From IMG/VR virus record IMGVR_UViG_3300042879_004569: 64,000 nucleotides of DNA; one strand, 5' to 3'. Each line of letters opens with the position of its first letter. Position 1 is the stretch's first letter. This document shows positions 17,723-27,683 of the stretch, in pieces. The notes below the pieces were generated by a model that saw only the letters and a program-made list of their open reading frames with translations, did not search any database and was not told the DNA's origin. A program made the position numbers and the translations under genes. This DNA is from an uncultured virus (IMG/VR IMGVR_UViG_3300042879_004569) (lineage: Duplodnaviria > Heunggongvirae > Uroviricota > Caudoviricetes).

Positions 17723-20700
17723 ATGGCTTACACTTACGATCCAAAAAAGAAATCTTGGAGTGCCAAGGTACTTGAAAAGACAACTTACAATCCAAAGGCT
17801 TATAAAACGGAGTACAACGAAGAGCCAACATATTCGTACACGGTATCTGTACCCAGGACAACAACTAATTGGGTGATGACACCAGTTACTTACACCACAC
17901 CAAACGGCCCTCAAACAATATATGAAAGCAGACCGGTAACAACAACAGAGTATGTGGCTGAAAACAGAATTGCAATAGATGAGAAGAAAGCCAAAGAAGC
18001 TAAAGAAGCTAATCGATTGGGACGCATTGGAAACGCAGCAAATAACGCTAGAAACAAAATTAACGGTCAAATTAATAGTCTTTATAACAAAATTGAATCA
18101 ATTGTTTCTCAATTAAAAGCAAATAAATACACAACAAAAAATCCATATTTAACGGCAAAAGGAGAGATTGAAAAAATCGGAGCTAATTTAAAAAAGATCT
18201 TAGAAGAACAAAAAAATTTAATTAAAGCTGCAGGAGCGACTGACGCAGAGATTGCAAAAGAAATTTCTGATAATTTTCCGGATCAAATTATCAACAAATA
18301 CGTTGATAAGGCTGGATATTTTAGAACATATTACGCCACCGAAAAAGTAACCCCTTGGGACACTGCTCTTGGGGCGGATACGCCAGGGGCGTTGCTAAAA
18401 GATAAAAACGGTAATTCCTTAGATAGTTTTGATGCTGATTACTACTTAAACAAAACGGCTTCTGGCAAAGCAGCAGACGCAGCTTATGATGCAGCAGTTA
18501 ATAACGACAACCTGGATATCCTGGCGAGGTACGACAGGAACTCTTATGCCCTATGGAGCTACACGTACGTTGGCAAGCCTGCAGGAGAGCGCGGCAGCCC
18601 TGTAAGTGCTTCAGCAGAAGCAGCCGTAGAGAAAACGAAAGACTATAAAGAAGAAGTTCCAGGGAAAACGGACACTATTTATACAAACGTCAGAGATAAA
18701 GTTTTAGGTCTTGAAGAGGATGTTGAAAAGAATAAAGTTTCAGAAAATGCAAGAAACTATTATTTAAGAGACCTGGATTCAAAAATTGATAGTTTTGTAA
18801 AAGACAACTCCAGTATCAAAGAACAATGGGAGGCTGCCAAACGTCAGCTTCTTTACTCCCAACAATTTCCTAACGAACCAAAGGGAGGGTGGATTCAATT
18901 AACAGAAGCCTTAAAGCTTAATCCCAAAAAACTTTCCGATGCCACATACTTTGGAAAAGTACTTGCCTGGTCCCTGGTTAAACCGGATTACCTTTCGGAT
19001 GCAGAGTATAAAACCATAACAGCGCAAAACAAAGAACTCATTAATACATTAAATCAATTCAAATCACAAGTTCAAAAAATCTCGGAGGATATTTCTGTTT
19101 ACCAAACTGATGTTGAAAAAACCATCTTAGATGTAACAGGCGAGGAAGAAAAAGAACGAGTAAGCAAGTTTGGGGAAATGCGTAAAGAAGTTCTTCTTGA
19201 AGCCAAGAAGAAACTCATTGCAGCGCAAGAAAAAGAAAGCAGCCTTGCATTAATGAAAAACCTTTCAGGCCTAAATGAACTGGAAAATATACAAACAAAT
19301 CTTCAGAATTCAATTCTTGGAGATTTTGATATTGGAGGCATGTATAGCCTCGGCGGCAAAAAAGAAACAGAAAATCCTTTTAAACAATTTTTAAAAGTTG
19401 ACTTAGGAATTGATTCAGTTTTTGGCACTAAAAACGGATTGATCTACAATTGGGAAGACTGGTTTTATAAGGAAATTGAGAAAAAATATTCAGGCGGAAT
19501 GGATATTCCAGATGATTATGTATCTCCAACTTATAGGACAAAAGCTCGTGGATACATAGATAAAGCAACACTTGATAAATGGAAAAAATATGATGATGCA
19601 TATATCAAATTAAAAACAGATCCTAACAATACTGAGGCAAAAAACCTTTTAAAATCTTTACCAAAAGATTACGTCAAAGCTGAAGAAAGGCAAGAAGTTA
19701 AACAAAGCTGGTTAGATTTTGAAGCTGCGCGACTTGCGGCGGGATTTGTTGATAGTAAAACTGCTACAGCCTGGGAGGAGTATGACAAAGCCTATGACAT
19801 TATCAATTCAAAAACCGTAAACAAAAATAGCGAAGAATACAAGGCGGCCGTCAAGGCCTACAACTCTCGTCCTTCTAATTATGTTGCGCCTAATAAAAGA
19901 GTCAGCTTTGAAATTCAATTAGCACAAAACTTCTTCACTGATTATTTAAAACCAAGGTTTGATGAATCAAAATCATTAAGCGAATTTCAAAGTTATCTTG
20001 ACGTACAAAAAGGAGAAGAAAACATTTTCCAAACGGAAGATCGCATGACTGCATTAAAACGTGCAGCACAAACAACCATTACAACATGGTTCTCCAATCT
20101 CCAAAAGCTAGGAGCCAGTACTTTTAATTCGGACTTTTATAAAGATCCAATTGGATATTACAAAAAATACGGGGTGCGAGATAATAAGCAAATCATTTTG
20201 GACTCTACAAAATTTCAAAACTATGTTTCGGATAAATATACAAAACAAAAAAACAGTTACGACCAGGCCTGGACAGCAGCAAAAGCAAATAAGACATCTA
20301 AAGACTTTGAAGGCAAAGATATTAATTGGAACGCCTGGGCGTACTATTACAACTTAGACATCACAAAAGAATCTAACTTTGCCTACTTACATTATTTAGT
20401 ACTTGGACGCAATGCTCCAAAGCTTGATGCGAATGGAAATATCATGAAAGACGCAAATGGAAACGTAATTAAAGATTCTTACGATCCGGCGCCAGATGTT
20501 TTTGGTACAGAAATAAACAAGATATTTCTTCAACAAGTATTGACTCCATTTTTAAAGAAGAAAATGGATCAGATTGGATCTGTTTTTGGCGAGTTTGTAA
20601 GGCCGGAAGAATTTGTCGATTCGTTTTTTGACAACCTTGATCTGAGTAAAAATAAAGAGGAACTGTCAAAGCTGTTTGATTTATACGGATTAAAAGAAAC

Positions 20701-21346
20701 CGCTGATTTAACTGAGCTTAAAGAGTTAATGATTGAAGGCTTAAGTGGATCCGAAGGGCAAGATATTAGGGATAAGATTGATCAGGTTCTTCAAGAAAAC
20801 GGAAAACCAACGCAGACGCAAATTGGTGTTGATTACATTCAGCGGGACAAAGAAACGGGAAGTGGAAAGGCGGCTAAAGATACTGCGGCTGGTCTTTACG
20901 GCATCTTTAAAAATGCAGGTTACCAAGGAACCGAAGATGAGTTCTATCAAGAATTTATGCCAGACGCTACCACGGAAGATATTGAACTGTATTCCATGGT
21001 CACCAACCCCGAAAAAATGAAAGATATATACAAAGTCGATCTTTCTCAAGGACCCGAAAAAGTCCTGGGACAAGTTTACAGTTTGATGGGAGAAGAACAA
21101 GAAGACATTTACTCAATGGATGCAGAAGAAGAAATTGGTACTATCCTGTCAAAGATGAAAGAGAAAGCGCGACCCTCTACAGCTTCTTTGAAAAAAGAAT
21201 CAAAGATTGATTTTGGTTCTTTATTTAAATTAGAACTTCCCGAAGAAAGAGAAGAAACGTTCTCAAGTAAAATAAAAACAGGTTCCGACTTTTTAAACGA
21301 ATACAAAAAGGCTGGTTCTAGTCAGTTCTCTAATGCTTTTGCGTAA
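17723..21346 (+). CDS. large (1207 aa) probable internal virion/ejection protein
   Basis: Long helical ORF in structural region with internal repeats (FDADYY/FNSDFY; WKKYDDAY/WEEYDKAY). Confidence 0.5.
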   Translation: MAYTYDPKKKSWSAKVLEKTTYNPKAYKTEYNEEPTYSYTVSVPRTTTNWVMTPVTYTTPNGPQTIYESRPVTTTEYVAENRIAIDEKKAKEAKEANRLGRIGNAANNARNKINGQINSLYNKIESIVSQLKANKYTTKNPYLTAKGEIEKIGANLKKILEEQKNLIKAAGATDAEIAKEISDNFPDQIINKYVDKAGYFRTYYATEKVTPWDTALGADTPGALLKDKNGNSLDSFDADYYLNKTASGKAADAAYDAAVNNDNLDILARYDRNSYALWSYTYVGKPAGERGSPVSASAEAAVEKTKDYKEEVPGKTDTIYTNVRDKVLGLEEDVEKNKVSENARNYYLRDLDSKIDSFVKDNSSIKEQWEAAKRQLLYSQQFPNEPKGGWIQLTEALKLNPKKLSDATYFGKVLAWSLVKPDYLSDAEYKTITAQNKELINTLNQFKSQVQKISEDISVYQTDVEKTILDVTGEEEKERVSKFGEMRKEVLLEAKKKLIAAQEKESSLALMKNLSGLNELENIQTNLQNSILGDFDIGGMYSLGGKKETENPFKQFLKVDLGIDSVFGTKNGLIYNWEDWFYKEIEKKYSGGMDIPDDYVSPTYRTKARGYIDKATLDKWKKYDDAYIKLKTDPNNTEAKNLLKSLPKDYVKAEERQEVKQSWLDFEAARLAAGFVDSKTATAWEEYDKAYDIINSKTVNKNSEEYKAAVKAYNSRPSNYVAPNKRVSFEIQLAQNFFTDYLKPRFDESKSLSEFQSYLDVQKGEENIFQTEDRMTALKRAAQTTITTWFSNLQKLGASTFNSDFYKDPIGYYKKYGVRDNKQIILDSTKFQNYVSDKYTKQKNSYDQAWTAAKANKTSKDFEGKDINWNAWAYYYNLDITKESNFAYLHYLVLGRNAPKLDANGNIMKDANGNVIKDSYDPAPDVFGTEINKIFLQQVLTPFLKKKMDQIGSVFGEFVRPEEFVDSFFDNLDLSKNKEELSKLFDLYGLKETADLTELKELMIEGLSGSEGQDIRDKIDQVLQENGKPTQTQIGVDYIQRDKETGSGKAAKDTAAGLYGIFKNAGYQGTEDEFYQEFMPDATTEDIELYSMVTNPEKMKDIYKVDLSQGPEKVLGQVYSLMGEEQEDIYSMDAEEEIGTILSKMKEKARPSTASLKKESKIDFGSLFKLELPEEREETFSSKIKTGSDFLNEYKKAGSSQFSNAFA

Positions 21347-21348
21347 TC

Positions 21349-21651
21349 ATGTCAGATAAACATAGAAAAGCTGCCGGGGCGGCGAAGAGATATCAAAAAG
21401 ATAAAATGCAATGCAACAAGCCTCAGCGAACTCCAAGTCATCCAACCAAAAGCCATGTTGTAAAAGCCTGCGCCAATGGTGAAGAAAAAATTATTCGTTT
21501 TGGTCAGCAGGGTGTTCAAGGCGCAGGTAAGAATCCGACAAGCGAAAAAGATAAAGCCCGACGCAAATCTTATTACGCCAGACACAATGCGCAAGATTCC
21601 AGTCCCTCAAAACTTTCCGCCAGGTACTGGTCAAATAAGGTAAAGTGGTAG
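21349..21651 (+). CDS. conserved basic phage protein
   Basis: KSHVVKAC...IIRFGQQG...ARRKSYYARH...ARYWS.KVKW. Confidence 0.7.
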   Translation: MSDKHRKAAGAAKRYQKDKMQCNKPQRTPSHPTKSHVVKACANGEEKIIRFGQQGVQGAGKNPTSEKDKARRKSYYARHNAQDSSPSKLSARYWSNKVKW

Positions 21652-21669
21652 CGCCAAACTTTCTTTCCC

Positions 21670-21795
21670 ATGGCACGACCCAAATCCAGCTCAACCATCA
21701 AAATTGAGTCTCATCCTAAAAAAACACGTCAAGGACAAGGACTGCATTCAAAGCCTAACCATGGGCGTAAAAAAACACGCGGACAAGGTAAATAA
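21670..21795 (+). CDS. small basic protein (41 aa)
   Basis: MARPKS...KKTRQGQG...KKTRGQGK. Confidence 0.6.
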   Translation: MARPKSSSTIKIESHPKKTRQGQGLHSKPNHGRKKTRGQGK

Positions 21796-21830
21796 ATTGT
21801 GTATGATTGGAGGTAATACTTGTTACTTTC

Positions 21831-22490
21831 ATGTCGGATTTTGCATCTGCAATTACTTTAATTTGCAAGTACGAAGGCTTTAATGAAAAAGCCTATCCAG
21901 ATCCGACGACAGGTGCTGAACCCTATACCATTGGGTTTGGCACCCAATTTTATCCAGATGGCTCTCCTGTCAAAAAAGGACAATGTTGTAGTAAAACAAA
22001 AGCTTTGGAATACTTATTCCACGAAACGCAAGTCATTGATACTCAACTGACAAAATTAAATCTGGGGCTGGATGATTACATGCGCCAAGCCTTGATTTCT
22101 TTTATTCATTCAATTGGGTGGGAAGCTTTTCTTTACAGTTCAATCGTTGATGACATTGAACGAGAAGACCTCAAAAACGCCACCCTGGAAATTGGCAATT
22201 GGATTTTTGACGAGCACCATCAAGTTGTTGGTGGCTTACTGGATCGGCGCCGAGAAGAGATCAGTTTGTTCCTGTCGGAAGTAGAAGTCAATCCCTGGGC
22301 CTCCACTGAAATTCTTTTGAGTGCATTCCGCAACTATACCGCAGCTCCTCATGAGGTAAGAGCAATTCGCACCTTGGAAGAAAAGCTGAACCCATACCTT
22401 TTAACTGAGTTTGCAAATAATTTTTGCATCAACGAAAGCTCTTGGATTTACGCTGATACAGATGAATTTGATTTCATCTATAACGCTTAG
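21831..22490 (+). CDS. GH24 (T4/P21-like) lysozyme with C-terminal extension
   Basis: KYEGF..KAYPD....PYTIGFG and GLLDRRREE. Confidence 0.85.
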   Translation: MSDFASAITLICKYEGFNEKAYPDPTTGAEPYTIGFGTQFYPDGSPVKKGQCCSKTKALEYLFHETQVIDTQLTKLNLGLDDYMRQALISFIHSIGWEAFLYSSIVDDIEREDLKNATLEIGNWIFDEHHQVVGGLLDRRREEISLFLSEVEVNPWASTEILLSAFRNYTAAPHEVRAIRTLEEKLNPYLLTEFANNFCINESSWIYADTDEFDFIYNA

Positions 22491-22522
22491 GCTTAGAATA
22501 AAAGCATTAGCCGCAGAAAACC

Positions 22523-22816
22523 ATGGAGCGTTCAGTCCAGCCAAAAGAGTTTGAACTCCCCTTGGAATTACAATTTTCAATGCGCAAGGCTGAGCTTGTC
22601 GCCAAGGAAATGACTTGGGATCAGCTTTATAATACGCTGTTAATGCTGTACCAACAAAGAATTCTGGAATGGCAAGCTGTCAAAGATTTAATGGCAAATG
22701 AAAATATTGACATAGACTTTGGTTTTCCAACCGATTTAGAACTGGAAGAACTTGCGGCAGCTTGTGGGTTTGACTATGAAGATGATGAAGACGAGGACAA
22801 TCTTCAACCGTTTTGA
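22523..22816 (+). CDS. nblA: NblA-like phycobilisome degradation protein
   Basis: LPLELQFSMR...KEMTWDQL...LLMLYQQ...VKDLM matches the NblA helix-loop-helix pattern. Confidence 0.6.
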   Translation: MERSVQPKEFELPLELQFSMRKAELVAKEMTWDQLYNTLLMLYQQRILEWQAVKDLMANENIDIDFGFPTDLELEELAAACGFDYEDDEDEDNLQPF

Positions 22817-23334
22817 GCTTTATCTAATTCGATAAGACGCTCTAGATACCAGTTAGCTTTTTCAAGGGATTCAATACCGCCTTTATGGCGTTCACGCCAC
22901 AGATACTTTGCAATACATCCCTTTAAGTAACCACGAAACTCTTCGAGGGTTTGCTGTGCTTCAATTGCTTCAATGCATTCGATGCTTCCGCCAGCCGTGT
23001 AGTGTGGCGGATGATTGACAACGTCAATTTCTTTTTTTTGAGTTTGATCAGAAATAAGCCAGGGGACAGTACATACTCCCCCTGGGCAATCTTGAATTAT
23101 TTCAGAGTCTTCAAGCGCTTCGCTTGAATCTACCGGAGTAAACCACGGCGCTTTTGTGACATCTCGATCTCCTCCCGTGGCAATTGGTTCCCCAAGCTGA
23201 TCACCAGTTTTTGGGGACGGGGCAGCGTCGATGGGTACTTCTCCAGGGCATCCTCCATCGAGGGAATATACCCAGTCATTCCGGAACGTGGACCCTCTAT
23301 CTCCAAACTTTGCCGAGGACGATCTTTCTGACAT
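22804..23334 (-). CDS. DUF3310-domain protein
   Basis: VNHPPHYT..GSIECIEAI...GYLKG...KYLWR..HKGG.ESLEKANWYL. Confidence 0.8.
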   Translation of the reverse strand: MSERSSSAKFGDRGSTFRNDWVYSLDGGCPGEVPIDAAPSPKTGDQLGEPIATGGDRDVTKAPWFTPVDSSEALEDSEIIQDCPGGVCTVPWLISDQTQKKEIDVVNHPPHYTAGGSIECIEAIEAQQTLEEFRGYLKGCIAKYLWRERHKGGIESLEKANWYLERLIELDKAQNG

Positions 23335-23495
23335 GCCACTAAGCCTCTGTTGTATTGATCATACAACGGAACGTCATTCTCTTCGTTGTCTAGGGGCTGA
23401 CCAAACGTTTCAATCCCAAGACAACGGCATAAAACTTCATCCTGAACAAATCGATCTAAAAAATGATCTGAATCAGAAATCATATTCATATGCAT
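23130..23495 (-). CDS. hypothetical protein
   Basis: 121-aa ORF; overlaps the DUF3310 ORF. Confidence 0.5.
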   Translation of the reverse strand: MHMNMISDSDHFLDRFVQDEVLCRCLGIETFGQPLDNEENDVPLYDQYNRGLVACQKDRPRQSLEIEGPRSGMTGYIPSMEDALEKYPSTLPRPQKLVISLGNQLPREEIEMSQKRRGLLR

Positions 23496-23528
23496 AGCCT
23501 ACTGTATTGCCTCGCTTACAATGTTAAC

Positions 23529-23981
23529 ATGGCAAGATTTTATACAGGACCACAGCCGTTTCAAGACACTCCTGTAAGGGATGTGTATGACCCCTATGTG
23601 GACAGTGGTTCCTCAGGGGGAGAAGTAACAGACTTAACGCCAGAACGTAGTTACGATACGGATATTCGGCGCCTGGATAACGACGAGCAGGCAATTGCAA
23701 ATCGTGCTGATACAAGGAACACCGAGATGCAACAACGCATCTCCAAGTTCACAAAAGCAGCCAAAAGTGCTGCAGCTTATAAACAAAGGCGTTCTATTGA
23801 TGAGCCCACAATTGACGGGAAAACTCCAGAGCGCCCGGTAAACATCAACCCAGTTTCCCCTGGACCCTTTCCTGCGTACACTGCAATTGAAACCCCAAGT
23901 AAGGGTGACAAGCAGGGTCCAGTTGGATCAGTTAATTATGCAAGAAAACCATCGATTAGTTTTGGCCGAGGATTTGGCTAA
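23529..23981 (+). CDS. hypothetical protein
   Basis: ATG 6 nt after TACAAT box. Confidence 0.6.
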   Translation: MARFYTGPQPFQDTPVRDVYDPYVDSGSSGGEVTDLTPERSYDTDIRRLDNDEQAIANRADTRNTEMQQRISKFTKAAKSAAAYKQRRSIDEPTIDGKTPERPVNINPVSPGPFPAYTAIETPSKGDKQGPVGSVNYARKPSISFGRGFG

Positions 23982-24196
23982 AAATCTTGGTTTTGCATGG
24001 AATAGTATTCAAGGTCCAAGGCATCTTGTAATTGGTCAAAAGTGTAAGACAACATGTTCAAAAGCCACTGAACATTATCTGACCTAAAAGCCCCCAGGCG
24101 CCTGGAGATCTCTTCGTTTTCCTGATGGATCACAGATCGATTCAGGATTTCGAGGATGTCCATGCGTTCTTCAAGATCTTGTTCTGTAGTCATCAT
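23978..24196 (-). CDS. hypothetical protein
   Basis: Coupled to dcd stop. Confidence 0.55.
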   Translation of the reverse strand: MMTTEQDLEERMDILEILNRSVIHQENEEISRRLGAFRSDNVQWLLNMLSYTFDQLQDALDLEYYSMQNQDF

Positions 24197-24780
24197 GCCC
24201 TCGAATACACGACTTCTTGTTCTTGATTTTGATACTTACCGGCTCGATCCTGATAGGTCACCTTGCACGGGTTGCCGCGCAAAAAGAGAAGCTGAATAAT
24301 TCCTTCATTGACATAAATGCGATTAAAGAGGCCTGTCGCATTACTGATCTCCAAGGTTAAATAGCCTTCCCAGCCAGCTTCCGCAGGTGTGATATTTGCA
24401 ATGATGCCAGACCTGGCGTAGGTGCTCTTCCCGAGCGCAATAACAGTTACGTCATTTGGAAGTTTCAGACGTTCTTCTGCCACCGCCAAACAATAGCCAT
24501 ATGGTGGCAAAAGAAAATACTGACCCTTTTCATCTTCAAGCAACTCAGAAGCATGAAGGATCTGAGGGTTAAAATCCTTTGGATCTGAGTCGCCAGACTG
24601 GACGCGACCAAAAATCAGACATTGCTTGGGAGACAACCGGATGTCGTATCCGTAAGAGCTCAGGCCGTAGCTGAGAACTTTTTTACCGTTCTCTTCTCTG
24701 ACCAGATGATCCGTAAAGGGCGCAATCATCCCCTGGGACTCTGCCAGCTCTTTAATTTCTTGATCGCAAAGGATGCTCAT
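24193..24780 (-). CDS. dcd: dCTP deaminase
   Basis: SYGLSSYGYDIRL, GKSTYARSG, TPAEAGWEGYLTLEISN, KYQNQ. Confidence 0.93.
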   Translation of the reverse strand: MSILCDQEIKELAESQGMIAPFTDHLVREENGKKVLSYGLSSYGYDIRLSPKQCLIFGRVQSGDSDPKDFNPQILHASELLEDEKGQYFLLPPYGYCLAVAEERLKLPNDVTVIALGKSTYARSGIIANITPAEAGWEGYLTLEISNATGLFNRIYVNEGIIQLLFLRGNPCKVTYQDRAGKYQNQEQEVVYSRA

Positions 24781-24813
24781 GGAGTGCGTTAAATCCTTTT
24801 CAGTATAAAGGGT

Positions 24814-25401
24814 TTAACAAAGAACTCGCCCCTTAGGGGAGTAAATATCAATAAATTTTTCAATTGCGTTTTCGGTGTTTTGAGAAGGCGGCAGGTATAC
24901 CAACAAAGAAGTGCATGTCTTATGTGAGCTGATGCCTTCGCTTGTATTGCGCAGTAATGTGGGCGCTGTTTTCAAAATACAAACAGGCAAATCAAAAATC
25001 TTTTGTTCATACCGGATCATGTCCGGGCAGTTGGAAAAATATAACCCTTGCTTTACGTCGCGTTTGTACCAGGATTTATACAGTTTCCTAAACCAAACGG
25101 CATGAGAAGAAACCAAGGAAGGAGAAGAAGCCCTGGTCATTTTCCACCGCTCATTTTTTTTATCAAAGAAATAAGCGCCATTTGGCGGAAACAAATAAAC
25201 CCTCCCGTACCAATCTTGGACGTTTAAACCATCATCCATTGGAGTAAAGTATTTTTCCGCCTGCACATATTCATTTGCTACCTTAGAGCTGGCCACATCC
25301 AGTTCAATGCCGCCCAAAAGAGCATGTGCAGACGCAATCAAATCGTAATTGGTAATTAACTCTTGGTCTTCTTTTCTTTTTCTAATATCATGTATTGGCA
25401 T
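24814..25401 (-). CDS. phage Dam-like DNA methyltransferase homolog with altered catalytic motif
   Basis: LGGIELDVASS..AN...A..YFT..DDGL...W.G.VYLFPP; NPPY position reads FPPN. Confidence 0.6.
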   Translation of the reverse strand: MPIHDIRKRKEDQELITNYDLIASAHALLGGIELDVASSKVANEYVQAEKYFTPMDDGLNVQDWYGRVYLFPPNGAYFFDKKNERWKMTRASSPSLVSSHAVWFRKLYKSWYKRDVKQGLYFSNCPDMIRYEQKIFDLPVCILKTAPTLLRNTSEGISSHKTCTSLLVYLPPSQNTENAIEKFIDIYSPKGRVLC

Positions 25402-25784
25402 CAGCTTTCGGCGGCCTTATTGTAATCAATTTCCAAATAACGGATGCCGTCTTTATCATTGATAATGTATCCAGCTTTTTCTGCGGGATCAATTTTTTGA
25501 GCAGCACTTAAAATGCGACGGAACGTTTCAGCAAGGTCGCCATTATTATCGCGTTCGCATTGCTCTTGCGCTGCATTTAATTCTTTTAACGTTAAGAAAA
25601 ACATGGTCCGGTCGCTATCAGGCTGCATGCACATGACACCTGGACCTTCTGATTCCCAAAACTTGCAGTAATGTTGCCCCATGTCACCAAGAATTAACTT
25701 AATGGTGGCATCAAGCATCTTAGCCTTGGTCTCATCAAGGTCAGGGCCAATGGCAGATGCCAATAATTTTTCACGCCTATTCAT
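25401..25784 (-). CDS. hypothetical protein
   Basis: 127-aa ORF in coupled operon. Confidence 0.6.
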   Translation of the reverse strand: MNRREKLLASAIGPDLDETKAKMLDATIKLILGDMGQHYCKFWESEGPGVMCMQPDSDRTMFFLTLKELNAAQEQCERDNNGDLAETFRRILSAAQKIDPAEKAGYIINDKDGIRYLEIDYNKAAES

Positions 25785-26238
25785 GATTGAGCAATCTTTG
25801 TTTGTGGAGCGCTTCTAAAAGCTTGGGAAGGGGCTGGTAAATCACGACTAATTTACCAAGGTTCCCGCGTTTTTTAATTAGTTTTCCGTTTTCGTCTTTT
25901 AACTTATCAAATTCTCCAGATCGAATCAAATATTCAGCAACGCATCTCAAACGTCTTTTTAGCGGAAGCTCTGCCGCCGGGAATTTGCCACAAATTGTAT
26001 CTGGTTTCAGATCTGCAAATGCAAGTCTTAACCTATTCGCCAAAGTCATGTTTGAATTAGCGTCTTCCTCTTCATACGTTTTTATATTTTCTAAATACCG
26101 CCGCAGACAAGGCGTGTCAAAAGAGCCGTCCGGGGGAAGAAACATTTTTACCTGTGCTGCTAACGAGGTCGAAAGCAGCTCTTCATAGTTCTCAACTGTG
26201 ACTTGAGAAATGTCAATTGCGTAAAACCTATAAGCCAT
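25777..26238 (-). CDS. hypothetical protein
   Basis: 153-aa ORF in coupled operon. Confidence 0.6.
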   Translation of the reverse strand: MAYRFYAIDISQVTVENYEELLSTSLAAQVKMFLPPDGSFDTPCLRRYLENIKTYEEEDANSNMTLANRLRLAFADLKPDTICGKFPAAELPLKRRLRCVAEYLIRSGEFDKLKDENGKLIKKRGNLGKLVVIYQPLPKLLEALHKQRLLNHE

Positions 26239-26240
26239 TC

Positions 26241-26648
26241 TTACAATTTCCCTTCAGTAGTCGTTACATATAATCTGGTTTTATATGTATCGTCATCCTC
26301 GATTGGACGATTTTTGGCAAAAGATTGAACAATATAATTCCAAGGAATGCGAATCACAGCTTTTTTGTTTCCATCGGGATTGATATTGACGTAATGAATC
26401 CCCTCGGTCCAACCTTTCTCCTTGTTTTTTCGGCCCATGGCAATCCAATTTCTGATCGTCTGATCTGAAACCTGGAGCCTACGGGCAGCCTCCTCTGTGG
26501 AAATGTATTCGTCAGAGAAAGACAGGGGATTCAGCAGGTCGGTCTCTCCTGATTGATAGCGGCTGTGCCACATGGCGGACAAGATATTTTTAATGCCTTT
26601 GAGCTCCCAGGCAATATCTTCAAGTCCTTTTCGCAATCCGTGATTCAT
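26241..26648 (-). CDS. HTH DNA-binding protein
   Basis: YISTEEAARRLQVSDQTIRNWI...W.EGIHY. Confidence 0.78.
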   Translation of the reverse strand: MNHGLRKGLEDIAWELKGIKNILSAMWHSRYQSGETDLLNPLSFSDEYISTEEAARRLQVSDQTIRNWIAMGRKNKEKGWTEGIHYVNINPDGNKKAVIRIPWNYIVQSFAKNRPIEDDDTYKTRLYVTTTEGKL

Positions 26649-26702
26649 GGCAACACTTTACTTGATTAGATGCTAGTCTTTTTTTAATTGTTTTGCTTAA
26701 TT

Positions 26703-27071
26703 GTGGAAGAACAAATTTCGACGGGAGCCCCTTCGCAGGCCGGAGTCCCTGGTTCCAGTATCCCTCCCACCCAGGTGATGGCACAGCCTTCCGTCCCACC
26801 GGCATTTACCGATGTCGAGGCCATGAAGCAACGGGCTCGTGAACTTGCAATTGCTCAGTACATGGCTCAGCAAAAACCCCAGGAATCCGCTCCAGTTCCC
26901 GAGTTCAGCCCTCAAGTACCGACTCAGATTGTTTATGTAAAAAGAAATTTGACCGTAGCTGAGTTGATTTTATTTTTTGTGCTTTCGGTCGGAATTTGGA
27001 CAGGCGTCCAGTTCACCTGGAATTTTGCCGTCAATTCTCTTCCTAAAATTGAAGTAAATATTAGAAAATAA
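26703..27071 (+). CDS. Pro-rich membrane protein
   Basis: C-terminal hydrophobic helix LILFFVLSVGIWTGV. Confidence 0.55.
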   Translation: MEEQISTGAPSQAGVPGSSIPPTQVMAQPSVPPAFTDVEAMKQRARELAIAQYMAQQKPQESAPVPEFSPQVPTQIVYVKRNLTVAELILFFVLSVGIWTGVQFTWNFAVNSLPKIEVNIRK

Positions 27072-27107
27072 GAAAGCTATAATCAAGTATAGGCATTGAA
27101 ACCGTAA

Positions 27108-27674
27108 GTGGCAAATAGACGAATTACAGAGCTGCCCTCAATTTTGGGAGCAGATTTATCAGAGCAGGATCTTCTGACTTTGGTAAAAGTCTTTGAGGTT
27201 GATCCGACTTTAAAAAATAAGAAGATTACTTTAGAAGAATTTAATAATTATTTAGAAACCAAGTACCTTCCTTATACCGGCGGCGTAATTACAGGCCCCA
27301 TTACAATCCAAAGCGGCCAACTAATCAATAGCGTTTCTGGCACTTTTTCAAATTTATCCGGAACAATTATCAGTGGAGTCAGTGGTTACTTCACAACTTT
27401 CCAGGCAACCAACGTTCTTTACTCTGGAAATAATATTTTTTCCGGAGACACAAGAACGCTTGGTTCCGGTTATTTTAGTTCCGGAATCAATGTAACAGGC
27501 ACTGTTTCAGGCCAAACATTTACAGGACAAACGGCGCAATTCACTGATATTACGGGAAGCACATTAACAGTCACTCTTCCCTCTGGATCAGGAGTAGCAA
27601 TCAACGTCTCCGGTTTAATTTCTGGAGGTGTGTCGGGTATTATTGTTAAAGGACCGTTTATTATTCTGCCATAA
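27108..27674 (+). CDS. tail fibre-related protein
   Basis: MANRRITELP N-terminus; SG/TG repeats. Confidence 0.65.
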   Translation: MANRRITELPSILGADLSEQDLLTLVKVFEVDPTLKNKKITLEEFNNYLETKYLPYTGGVITGPITIQSGQLINSVSGTFSNLSGTIISGVSGYFTTFQATNVLYSGNNIFSGDTRTLGSGYFSSGINVTGTVSGQTFTGQTAQFTDITGSTLTVTLPSGSGVAINVSGLISGGVSGIIVKGPFIILP

Positions 27675-27683
27675 TTTAGTACA

